Program-made: the position numbers and the translations under genes
Part shown: one piece after another, positions 56,142 through 63,947 of the stretch
Position numbering within the stretch: position 1 is the stretch's first letter
How the letters are laid out: each line of letters opens with the position of its first letter
The notes under the pieces: generated by a model
Seen by the model: only the letters and a program-made list of their open reading frames with translations
What the model was told of the DNA's origin: nothing
Database searches by the model: none
Source: an uncultured Chloroflexota bacterium
GTDB taxonomy: Bacteria > Chloroflexota > UBA11872 > UBA12225
DNA length: 64,000 bases
Reading direction: 5' to 3'
Assembly (NCBI GenBank): GCA_902805635.1
Contig: CADCTC010000312.1
Coordinates: 1,774 to 65,773 of the forward strand

Positions 56142-57392
56142 GTGGCGCCGGTGCGCGTGCTGCTGATCGAAGACAACCCGGGGGACGTGCGCCTGACGCG
56201 CCTCGCCCTGGAGGAGGCTGCCGGAGCGCCAGGGGAGCCCGCAGGCACATTGTTCGACATCGCAGTTGCCGGCAGGCTCTCGGACGGGCTGGGTCACCTG
56301 GCCGAGCATGATGTCGATGCTGTGCTGCTCGACCTGACGCTGCCCGACAGCGGTGGCCTGGACACCTTCCTGAGACTGCGTGCCGCGGCGCCTGACGTGC
56401 CGGTGGTCGTGATGACCGGCATGGCGGACGACGCCGTCGCAGCGCAGGCGGTGAGTCAAGGCGCGCAGGACTACCTTGTAAAGGGCGAAGCAGAGGCGCC
56501 GCTGCTGGTGCGCTCGCTGCGCTATGCGGTTGCTCGCAAGCACGCCGAGCTGGCGCGCGCTGCGAGCATCCGCGAGCACGCAGCGCGCGAGCAAGCCGAG
56601 GCGCAGGCGCGCGAAAACGAGCGCCTGCTGCGCGAGGCGCAGGCCGCGCTGCGCACACGCGAAGAGTTCCTGAGCGTGGCAGCGCACGAGCTCAAGACGC
56701 CCGTCACCAGCTTGCGTGGCAACGCCCAGCTGCTGCTGCGCCGCTTCGAGCGCGCGCCGGCGGTTGACCCGGAGCGCATCCGTACCGCGCTGAGCACCAT
56801 TGAGCAGCAGTCCGGCAAGCTAGCGCGCCTGGTAGCGCAGCTGCTGGACGTCTCACGCCTGGAGGGTGGCATGCTCTCGGTCGCGCCCGAGCCGACCGAC
56901 TTGCTGGCACTGGTCGAAGAGGCGGCCGCCGTCGCACGCAACACGACCGCCCGACACACCATACGGGTGGAGGCGCTTCCCGCCGGCACACCGGTTACCG
57001 CTCTGGTGGACCCATTGCGGATCGAGCAGGTAGTGCTCAACCTGCTTGACAACGCCATCAAATACAGCCCTGACGGCGGTGAGATCCTGGTGCAAGTTGG
57101 TCCCGCCGACGCGGGGAAAGCGAGATTCGCCGTTCGGGATCACGGCGTGGGGATCCCTGCCCGCCACCGCGCGGGCATCTTCCAACGCTACTACCAGGCC
57201 CACCTGGAAGACGGCGTAGCGGCCGCCTCGACCTCCACTATGGTCGGCCTCGGCCTCGGCCTGTACATCAGCAACCACATCGTCGCGCAGCACCTCGGCC
57301 AGATAGACGTTCAGCACCCGGAAGAAGGGGGGACATGCTTTGTGGTGACCCTTCCGGGCCTTGCTGTTGCCGAGTCGGCGCGGGCGCGGTAG
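56142..57392 (+). CDS. hybrid receiver-histidine kinase (N-terminal REC, coiled coil, HisKA, HATPase_c)
   Basis: VLLIEDNPGDVRL, DAVLLDLTLPDSGG, YLVKG. H-box VAAHELKTPVTSL, NLLDNAIKYSP, DHGVGIP, GLGLGLYISNHIV. Confidence 0.85.
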   Translation: MAPVRVLLIEDNPGDVRLTRLALEEAAGAPGEPAGTLFDIAVAGRLSDGLGHLAEHDVDAVLLDLTLPDSGGLDTFLRLRAAAPDVPVVVMTGMADDAVAAQAVSQGAQDYLVKGEAEAPLLVRSLRYAVARKHAELARAASIREHAAREQAEAQARENERLLREAQAALRTREEFLSVAAHELKTPVTSLRGNAQLLLRRFERAPAVDPERIRTALSTIEQQSGKLARLVAQLLDVSRLEGGMLSVAPEPTDLLALVEEAAAVARNTTARHTIRVEALPAGTPVTALVDPLRIEQVVLNLLDNAIKYSPDGGEILVQVGPADAGKARFAVRDHGVGIPARHRAGIFQRYYQAHLEDGVAAASTSTMVGLGLGLYISNHIVAQHLGQIDVQHPEEGGTCFVVTLPGLAVAESARAR

Positions 57393-57414
57393 GATCAGGT
57401 GACGCCAATTCGAC

Positions 57415-57590
57415 AGAGGGCCGAATCCTGCGGCCTCGGGCGTAATCGGGACCGCAGGAGCGGGGGACCCATAGACAAGGGGTGAATCCACAGTCGCGCC
57501 ACCGAGGTACACGTTGTACCGAGGGTGCGCGCTGACGGTAGGGCGCAGCTCTTCGCCCGAACCCGGCAGCTAACCTCGCAGGCCGCTTCC
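57415..57590 (+). promoter_or_regulatory. probable cyclic-di-AMP riboswitch (ydaO/kimA class)
   Basis: Conserved blocks as I remember them from B. subtilis ydaO and the T. tengcongensis structure RNA: GCCGAATCC (57420..57428), GCGGGGGACCCA (57460..57471), GGGGTGAATCC (57479..57489), GGTAGGGCGC (57537..57546), CCCGAACCCGGCAGCTAACCTCGCAGGCC (57556..57584). A 7-bp helix pairs cctgcgg (57427..57433) with ccgcagg (57452..57458). Located in the 5' leader of the DedA gene. Confidence 0.7.
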
Positions 57591-57614
57591 CGCGTGAGCG
57601 GGAGAAGAGTCATC

Positions 57615-58361
57615 ATGGACCTGGCCTCACCAGAATCGGTGGGCACGTTTTCCACGCTGGCCGCACATGCCGTCAAGGCGGTGGGCCAGCATGCCGCTGC
57701 CACTGCGCTCGGTTCCGCTCTGGCGGAGAGCCTAGTGGGGGTCGGCGCTGTCTTCCCCGGCGGCACGATTGTCATTCTGTCCGGGTTCGCTGCGCGCGCC
57801 AGCGGCGCCGCGGGCTTCGCGCAGGTTGCGGCGGCAGCCTGGCTCGGCATGACTCTGGGCACTGTGGTGGACTTCTGGCTAGGCCGCCTGATGGGCCGGC
57901 GCCTGGTCCCGCGCCGGGCCCCCTGGCGATTAGCCTGCCGCTGGCGACGGTCGTTACGGACAGCGCACGCCTTCATGACGCGCTGGGGGTGGTGGGCCAT
58001 CCTCGTCTCCAACCTCGCCGGCCCCGGTCGCTCGGCAGTGGCCGTGGCGGCCGGCGCCAGCGGCTGGCCGTTTGGACGCTTCTTCGCGGGGCAGGCACTG
58101 GCGTCCGTCTTTTGGGCGCTGCTCTACACCAGTCTTGGTTTCTTCGCGGGCGGAGAAGTGGACAGCCTGGAGCACCTCGCGGGCGGGCTTGGCATCGGCG
58201 CCGTCGTGCTGCTGGTCGCGGCCCTGGGGATGCCTCCACTGCTCGGCGCGGCCACTCGCCTTGCAGCGCGCCACACGCGCCGCCCAGAGCCTCCACTCGC
58301 CGTCGTCACCGTCCCCTCCTCCGACACGCCTCCGGCTGCGCGCCCCGCCCCACGCGCGTAG
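57615..58361 (+). CDS. DedA/SNARE-associated family inner-membrane protein
   Basis: VGAVFPGGTIVILSGFAA..., GRLMGRRLV, WGWWAILVSNLAGPGRSAVAVAAGASG. ATG 57615 is preceded by GGGAGAAGAG. Confidence 0.75.
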   Translation: MDLASPESVGTFSTLAAHAVKAVGQHAAATALGSALAESLVGVGAVFPGGTIVILSGFAARASGAAGFAQVAAAAWLGMTLGTVVDFWLGRLMGRRLVPRRAPWRLACRWRRSLRTAHAFMTRWGWWAILVSNLAGPGRSAVAVAAGASGWPFGRFFAGQALASVFWALLYTSLGFFAGGEVDSLEHLAGGLGIGAVVLLVAALGMPPLLGAATRLAARHTRRPEPPLAVVTVPSSDTPPAARPAPRA

Positions 58362-58536
58362 CGCACGCCGCCGGATATCCCTAGCTTCGGCGGGAATCGC
58401 CGCACGCGCCGGCCCCTTTGAAGGCCGGCACACAACTTGCGTTCGTGTTTTGTCGAGGTGATGCACGTAACGCCAGAGAAGGCGTCTGCATCGCACGTAA
58501 GGACGCATGTGCTAGCTGCACACGGAGGTAAGGTAA

Positions 58537-59361
58537 GTGGATAATGCAGTTCCCGTGATGGTGACCGACTGGGGTCAGGCGATCATGATCTCGCTCACGC
58601 GCGCGATGGGCGACATCATGACGTTCATTCCAAAGCTCGTTGGCGCGCTCGTCATCTTGCTTGTTGGTTGGCTTATCTCACGCGCCGTGGAGGCGCTGGT
58701 GACGCGCGGTCTGCGCATGGTGCGCTTTAACCAGATTGCAGACAGAGCTGAGATCGACCAGTTCCTGGTCAGGGCCGGTGTCCGTATGGATCCCTCAGCA
58801 GTACTGGGCAAGCTGGCCTACTGGTTCCTGATGCTCAGCTTCCTCATCGCCGCGTTTGGCGCGCTGGGCATGACGCAAGTTGAAGGCGTGCTCGCCAACA
58901 TCATCGGCTTCATCCCGAACGTCGTGGTGGCCGTGGTGGTGCTCCTGCTCGGCGCCCTGATCGCCAACTTCGTGGCGAACCTGGTGCGCGGCTCGGCCGG
59001 CATGTCCCGTGTCGGTGACCCGAACCTGCTGGCGACTATCGCCCGCGTTTCGGTGCTCGTTTTCGCCACGCTGATGGCGCTGGACCAGCTGCAGATTGCT
59101 CCCACCATCATCAACACGCTGTGGATGGCGCTGATCGGCATGTTCGCTGTGGCCGGGGCGCTCGCGTTCGGCCTGGGTGGGCGTGACGTCGCCAAGCGCA
59201 TCCTTGAGGAGTGGTACGACAAGGGGCAGCAGAAGGCGCACGACGTGCAGGACGCCATGCGCGACAACCGCGCCGGCGCTCCGCCTGCTCCGGTCGCCCC
59301 TGTAACGCCTATCAACCCGTACACCAACCCTGCGCCCGCATCCGAGCGCCGTATCGCCTAA
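58537..59361 (+). CDS. membrane protein with repeated 'conserved TM helix' motifs (related to the N-terminal region of mechanosensitive channels)
   Basis: Repeated units such as FIPKLVGALVILLVGWLISRAV and FIPNVVVAVVVLLLGALIANFVANLV. GTG 58537 lies after GGAGGT. Confidence 0.65.
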   Translation: MDNAVPVMVTDWGQAIMISLTRAMGDIMTFIPKLVGALVILLVGWLISRAVEALVTRGLRMVRFNQIADRAEIDQFLVRAGVRMDPSAVLGKLAYWFLMLSFLIAAFGALGMTQVEGVLANIIGFIPNVVVAVVVLLLGALIANFVANLVRGSAGMSRVGDPNLLATIARVSVLVFATLMALDQLQIAPTIINTLWMALIGMFAVAGALAFGLGGRDVAKRILEEWYDKGQQKAHDVQDAMRDNRAGAPPAPVAPVTPINPYTNPAPASERRIA

Positions 59362-59387
59362 TCAGCCCGCCGCTCAATCGGAAACTA

Positions 59388-59421
59388 CGAGAGCCACTTG
59401 CCACTCGGCAGGTGGCTCTCG
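59388..59421 (+). terminator. 15-bp hairpin (one G-U pair) 26 nt after the stop of the TM-helix gene
   Basis: cgagagccacttgcc-actc-ggcaggtggctctcg, followed by cgattcc (no U-tract). Confidence 0.5.
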
Positions 59422-59530
59422 CGATTCCACAGCAACTACATTCTGCACAGCAAACCCGTTGCCCACGCATAGCTGGGGTGCACCAGAACCGTGTTCGACA
59501 TGGCGCGTGTGCTCATCTATCATGCCGGGC

Positions 59531-60421
59531 ATGCAAGCATTCGAGTACGTGCGCCCGGCGGACCTGCCAGCCGCGCTGGCACTCCTGGCGGAGAAGAACG
59601 GGAAGGCGCGCGCCATGGCCGGCGGCACCGACCTGCTGGTGCAGCTGCGGGCCGAGCGGTTTCAGCTCGAGCGCGTGGTGGACGTCAAGGCGGTTCCCGA
59701 GCTCAACGAGCTGCGCTTCGATCCACCTGAGGGGCTGACAATCGGCGCCGCGGTGCCGTGCTACCGCATCTACGGCGATGCCAGCGTGATCCGCCACTAT
59801 CCCGGGTTGATCGATGCTGCCAGCATCGTCGGCGGCACCGCAATCCAGGGCCGTGCGTCGCTCGGCGGCAACCTCTGCAACGCGTCGCCCAGCGGCGACA
59901 CCATCCCGATCCTGATCGTCATGGGAGCGCACGCCGTTATTCATAGCGCGGCCGGCGGGCGCGAATTGCCGGTGGAGCAGTTCTGTATCGCGCCGGGCAC
60001 CAACGCGCTGCAGCCGGGCGAGCTGCTTGTCTCCATCCGTGTCCCGGCGCCTGCGTCTAATTCGGGCGCCTACTACCTACGCTTCATCCCCCGCAACGAG
60101 ATGGACATCGCCGTCGTCGGCGCCGGCGCCTGGGTAGAGCTGTCCCAGGATGGTCAGATCCAGGACGCGCGCGTCGCGCTTGCCGCGGTCGCGCCGACGC
60201 CGCTCTACGTTGACGCCGCGCGCGGCGTGCTGGTGGGCACCGACGGCTCAGACGCGGCCCTGGAAGCCGCTGCCGAAGCCGCTCGCCAGGCGGCGCACCC
60301 CATCAGCGACATGCGCGGCAGCGACAAGCAGCGCCGCCACCTGGCCGGCGTGCTCACCAAACGCGCGCTGCGCGGCGCCATCGCCCGCGCTCGCGGCGAA
60401 GCCACACCGTCCGCCCACTAG
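59531..60421 (+). CDS. FAD-binding medium subunit of a xanthine-dehydrogenase/CO-dehydrogenase-family molybdoenzyme (CoxM/CutM-like)
   Basis: MQAFEYVRPADLPAALALL...AMAGGTDLLVQLR, GGTAIQGRASLGGNLCNASPSGD, and a C-terminal CO_deh_flav_C-like region (PISDMRGSDKQRRHLAGVL). Confidence 0.85.
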   Translation: MQAFEYVRPADLPAALALLAEKNGKARAMAGGTDLLVQLRAERFQLERVVDVKAVPELNELRFDPPEGLTIGAAVPCYRIYGDASVIRHYPGLIDAASIVGGTAIQGRASLGGNLCNASPSGDTIPILIVMGAHAVIHSAAGGRELPVEQFCIAPGTNALQPGELLVSIRVPAPASNSGAYYLRFIPRNEMDIAVVGAGAWVELSQDGQIQDARVALAAVAPTPLYVDAARGVLVGTDGSDAALEAAAEAARQAAHPISDMRGSDKQRRHLAGVLTKRALRGAIARARGEATPSAH

Positions 60422-60456
60422 CCTCAATCCACCAGTTTCCACGGGACACCACAACT

Positions 60457-61002
60457 ATGGTCGCCACACCACTCATCAAAGTCAGCCGCACCGCCGTGTC
60501 CACCCGCCTCAACGGCGAGGAGACCGAGTTCCTCTGTGAGCCGCGCCAGAGCCTGCTGGAGTGCCTGCGCGACAACGTGGGCTTGACCGGCACCAAAGAA
60601 GGCTGTAACGACGGCAACTGCGGCGCCTGCAGCGTCCTGATGGACGGTCGCCTGGTCAACTCCTGTCTCGTGCTCGGAGTGGAGGCCGAGGGCGCCGAAA
60701 TCACCACCGTCGAGGGACTGGCGACGCCGCAGGGCCTGCACCCTCTGCAGCAGTCATTCCTGGAGCAAGCCGCGCTGCAGTGCGGCATCTGCACCCCCGG
60801 CTTCCTCGTCGCCGCCAAGGCGCTGCTGGACCAGGAGCCGAACCCGACCGAGCACCAGGTGCGCTTCTGGCTGGCCGGCAACCTGTGCCGCTGTACCGGC
60901 TACGACAAGATCGTGCGCGCCGTGCTCCACGCCGCCGCTATCCAGCGCGGCGCCGTCCCGTCCGAAGCTACGGCCGCTTCCACCGACGGCCACAGCACCT
61001 AA
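60457..61002 (+). CDS. [2Fe-2S]-binding small subunit (CoxS/CutS-like)
   Basis: GTKEGCNDGNCGACSVLMDGRLVNSC, QCGICTPGF, NLCRCTGYDKI. Confidence 0.9.
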   Translation: MVATPLIKVSRTAVSTRLNGEETEFLCEPRQSLLECLRDNVGLTGTKEGCNDGNCGACSVLMDGRLVNSCLVLGVEAEGAEITTVEGLATPQGLHPLQQSFLEQAALQCGICTPGFLVAAKALLDQEPNPTEHQVRFWLAGNLCRCTGYDKIVRAVLHAAAIQRGAVPSEATAASTDGHST

Positions 61003-61011
61003 CGGGCCGGG

Positions 61012-62127
61012 GTGCACGTAACGCGGGGACTTGTCTCCGGCCACAGCGTCACGCGTGCCCTGCCACCACAGCACTCAGGAGCTCTCCCTGTGGCCACCAG
61101 CCAAATGCCCCTCACGTCCACTCCCGGCGCTACCAATGGTTCGGCGCACACCCAAGGTGACGTTCTGCGCGGCGGCAACGTCGTGCTCTCCAACGCCGAT
61201 TTCAGCGTTGTCGGCACCCGCCCCATCCGCCACGACGGCGTTGACAAGGTGACCGGCCGTGCCGGGTACGGCGCCGATGTCAAGCTGCCCGGCCTGCTGC
61301 ATGGGCGCGTGGTTCGCAGCCCCCACGCGCACGCACGGATCATCCGCATCGACGCCTCGCACGCATTGGCCTTGCGGGGCGTCAAGGCGGTGGTCACCGA
61401 CGCCGATCTGCCCGCCTCGGGCGACAAGCAGGTTGACCTCGGCGACGGCGGCGGCTACGTGAAGTGGATGCAGGACAATGTGCTCGCCGCCGGCATGGCA
61501 CTCTATAAGGGGCACGCGATCGCCGCCGTCGTGCGACTCGGTCCCTGCAGGTCGAAGCAACAGCCAAAGGCAACGGCTCGCAAAACGGCCACACCACCAC
61601 ACCGGCTCACCCTTAAGGAGCTCGCGGCCAAGCTCGACAAGACCGGCGGCCCCATCACCGGCCGCGGCAACGTGGATCCCAAGGGCCAGGGCGGCGCCTT
61701 CGCCACGAACATCGTTAACGTAGAGATTGACCCGCAGACGGGCAAGACGCAAATCCCGCGCTACACCGACGTCCAGGACGCCGGCAAGGCCACTCATCCC
61801 AGTTGCGTCGAGGGGCAGATGCACGGCGGCGCAGCGCAGGCCATCGGCGGGGCGCTCAACGAGGAATACGCGATGAACGCGCGCGGCGAGATGACCAACG
61901 CCTCGCTGCTGGACTACCGCATGGCCACCTGCTACCACCTCCCCATGATCGACACCGTCATCGTAGAAGTGGCCAAGCCCGGGCATCCTTTTGGCGTGCG
62001 CGGTGTCGGCGAGGTCCCCATTGGCCCGCCCCCGGCGGCCATCGCCAACGCCAATGCGATTGGCGCCCGCCTCACCGCCCTCCCCATGAACCCCGTCGCT
62101 ATCCTCGAGGCGAACGGAGTCATCTAG
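61012..62127 (+). pseudogene. internally deleted molybdopterin-binding large subunit (CoxL/XdhB-like), 371 aa instead of an expected ~750-800
   Basis: The N-terminus matches the a/b-hammerhead domain (VVGTRPIRHDGVDKVTGRAGYGADVKLPGLLHGRVVRSPHAHARIIRID...YKGHAIAAVV). After a ~25-aa non-matching linker the sequence jumps to the extreme C-terminal region (FATNIVNVEIDPQTGKTQIPRYT...VEGQMHGGAAQAIGGALNEE...GHPFGVRGVGEVPIGPPPAAIANAN). The central Mo-cofactor domains are absent. Confidence 0.6.
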
Positions 62128-62436
62128 GTGCCAACGGTCTGGATCCCTTCGCTCATCCGCGACCTCACAGGTGGGCAGCAGACGGTTGCTGTCGACGGCG
62201 CCACCGTTCGCCAGGTAGTGCGCAATCTGGATAGTCGGTTTCCCGGAATCTCCGCGCGGCTGTGCGAAGACGCCGATGAAGGCGACCTCAGCCCGCACAT
62301 CAACGTCGCCGTTGATGGCGTCGTCAGCCCCCTCGGCATGCTCGAGCCTGTCGGCACGGAGAGTGAAGTCCACTTCCTGCCCGCGGTCGGCGGTGGATGT
62401 GACAAGCCAGCCGCCATACCCTGGATGGAAGAATGA
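62128..62436 (+). CDS. MoaD/ThiS/CysO-family beta-grasp sulfur-carrier-like protein with a 12-aa extension after the Gly-Gly motif
   Basis: VWIPSLIRDLTGGQQTVAVDGATVRQVV..LDSRFPGISARL...HINVAVDG....EVHFLPAVGGG resembles CysO/MoaD (IPTxLRxxTGGQ...LPAVAGG). It then continues as CDKPAAIPWMEE. ATGA overlap with the next gene. Confidence 0.7.
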   Translation: MPTVWIPSLIRDLTGGQQTVAVDGATVRQVVRNLDSRFPGISARLCEDADEGDLSPHINVAVDGVVSPLGMLEPVGTESEVHFLPAVGGGCDKPAAIPWMEE

Positions 62437-63308
62437 CCACAGACCGCACCATCGTTGCCGTCACCGGCGCATCGGGCCGAGTCGGCCGCGCCGTCCTGCA
62501 GGAGCTCAAGGACGACGGCGGATACATTGTGTGGGCGCTCGATCAGACGCTGCCGCCTGCCGGTCTGGCGCAGCGAGGGCTGCTGGTAGACCTGGCCAAC
62601 GCCGGCGCGGTCTACGGCGCGCTGGCCGGCGCACACGCCGTCATTCACCTGGGCGCCTACCCCAGCACCGCCCACCACCCGGGCGAGCAGGTCTTCGTCA
62701 ACAACGCGGCCGCGTGCGCCAACGTCGCGGCGGCGTGCAGTGCTCTGGGGGTCAAACGCGTAGTCTACGCCAGCTCCATCACCACCTACGGCCTGGAGTG
62801 GCAGACGCGCAACGGCGGCATCCCTGAGCTGCCGGCCACCGAATCAGTAAGCCAGCGCCCGGACGACTTCTACGCGCTGTCCAAGCTGGCCGGCGAACAG
62901 GTCTTCACGCTGCAGGCGAATGAGCACGACCTGCACGCCGCCTCGCTGCGCATCTCGCTTGTCGTCGGCCCGGACGAATACTCCCAGCGCGGCCGTCCGC
63001 GCGAAGACCGCGACGCGTCTGCCGGCCTCTGGAGCTACGTCGATTCGCGCGACGTTGCCCAGGCGGCCCGTCTGGCCCTGGAACACCTCGAAACGCTCGG
63101 CCCCGGCAATCACGCCTTCAACGTCAGCGCCGCCGACGCCCATAGCCGGCTGCCGCTCTCTGAGGTGATCCCGCGGTTCGTGCCGCAGCTCGCCCCGCTC
63201 GCGGCCAGGCTCACTGGCACTTCCCCCGCCTACAGCATCCAGAAGGCCCAGCGCCTCCTGGGTTATCAGCCCCGCTACTCCTGGCGCAGCGAGCTGAACG
63301 AAGCCTGA
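62433..63308 (+). CDS. NAD-dependent epimerase/dehydratase-family (extended SDR) protein
   Basis: VAVTGASGRVGRAVLQEL (Rossmann GxxGxxG), YASSITTYG, YALSKLAGE (YxxxK). Confidence 0.8.
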   Translation: MTTDRTIVAVTGASGRVGRAVLQELKDDGGYIVWALDQTLPPAGLAQRGLLVDLANAGAVYGALAGAHAVIHLGAYPSTAHHPGEQVFVNNAAACANVAAACSALGVKRVVYASSITTYGLEWQTRNGGIPELPATESVSQRPDDFYALSKLAGEQVFTLQANEHDLHAASLRISLVVGPDEYSQRGRPREDRDASAGLWSYVDSRDVAQAARLALEHLETLGPGNHAFNVSAADAHSRLPLSEVIPRFVPQLAPLAARLTGTSPAYSIQKAQRLLGYQPRYSWRSELNEA

Positions 63309-63311
63309 GCG

Positions 63312-63947
63312 CTACAGCGGCGGCCGGGTCAGCCACCGCTCCCGACCAATGGTCGTCACCGCGTTGTGCCCTGGCAGCACTTGCGTATCCGGCGGAAGCG
63401 TGGCGAGTCGCAGGAGCGACTGCTTGAGGACCGCTGGGTCGCCGCCAGGCAGGTCGTACCGCCCGAACGTGCCCGCGAAGAGCGTGTCGCCACTAAATAA
63501 CATCCCACGAGTGGCGTCGTAGAGACACAGCGAACCCGGTGTGTGTCCCGGCGTGTGCCACACGGCGAGCACAGCATCACCAAGCGCCACCGTGTCCCCT
63601 TCCACCAGCTCCCGTGACACCGGCGCCGGCTCCACGTCAAGCTTTGGGAAGAGCATTGGCCGCGACGGCTGTCGCAGCCGCTCCGCGTCGTCGCGGTGCA
63701 CCAGCACCTGGGCCCCAGTCGCCCGCGCCAGCGCCGCGACCTCCGCCATGTGGTCAAAGTGGCCATGCGTCGCCACGATCGTTTCCAAGCGCAGCTCCCG
63801 TTCCCTGAGTACCTGCCCCACCGCCACCGCCGCCTCGAGACCACAATCCACCGCCAGCGCCACTTGCGCCTCCGCGTCGCAGACGACGTACACGTTGTTC
63901 TGGAGCGGGCCACACACCACAGGGACGATCTCGTAAGGCACTGTCAT
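63312..63947 (-). CDS. MBL-fold metallo-hydrolase (glyoxalase II-like)
   Basis: VATHGHFDHM (HxHxDH), HTPGHTPGS, LFSGDTLF, LPGHN. ATG 63947 is preferred over the longer start at 63983. Confidence 0.8.
   Translation of the reverse strand: MTVPYEIVPVVCGPLQNNVYVVCDAEAQVALAVDCGLEAAVAVGQVLRERELRLETIVATHGHFDHMAEVAALARATGAQVLVHRDDAERLRQPSRPMLFPKLDVEPAPVSRELVEGDTVALGDAVLAVWHTPGHTPGSLCLYDATRGMLFSGDTLFAGTFGRYDLPGGDPAVLKQSLLRLATLPPDTQVLPGHNAVTTIGRERWLTRPPL

Noticed and set aside
58362-58536. Searched the 175-nt leader of the TM-helix gene for a second c-di-AMP riboswitch or another structured RNA. It contains hairpins (gccggcc..ggccggc; gatgca..tgcatc) and a repeated GCACGTAA.
   Set aside because: None of the conserved ydaO blocks is present. 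The hairpins are generic and I cannot tie them to any known motif.
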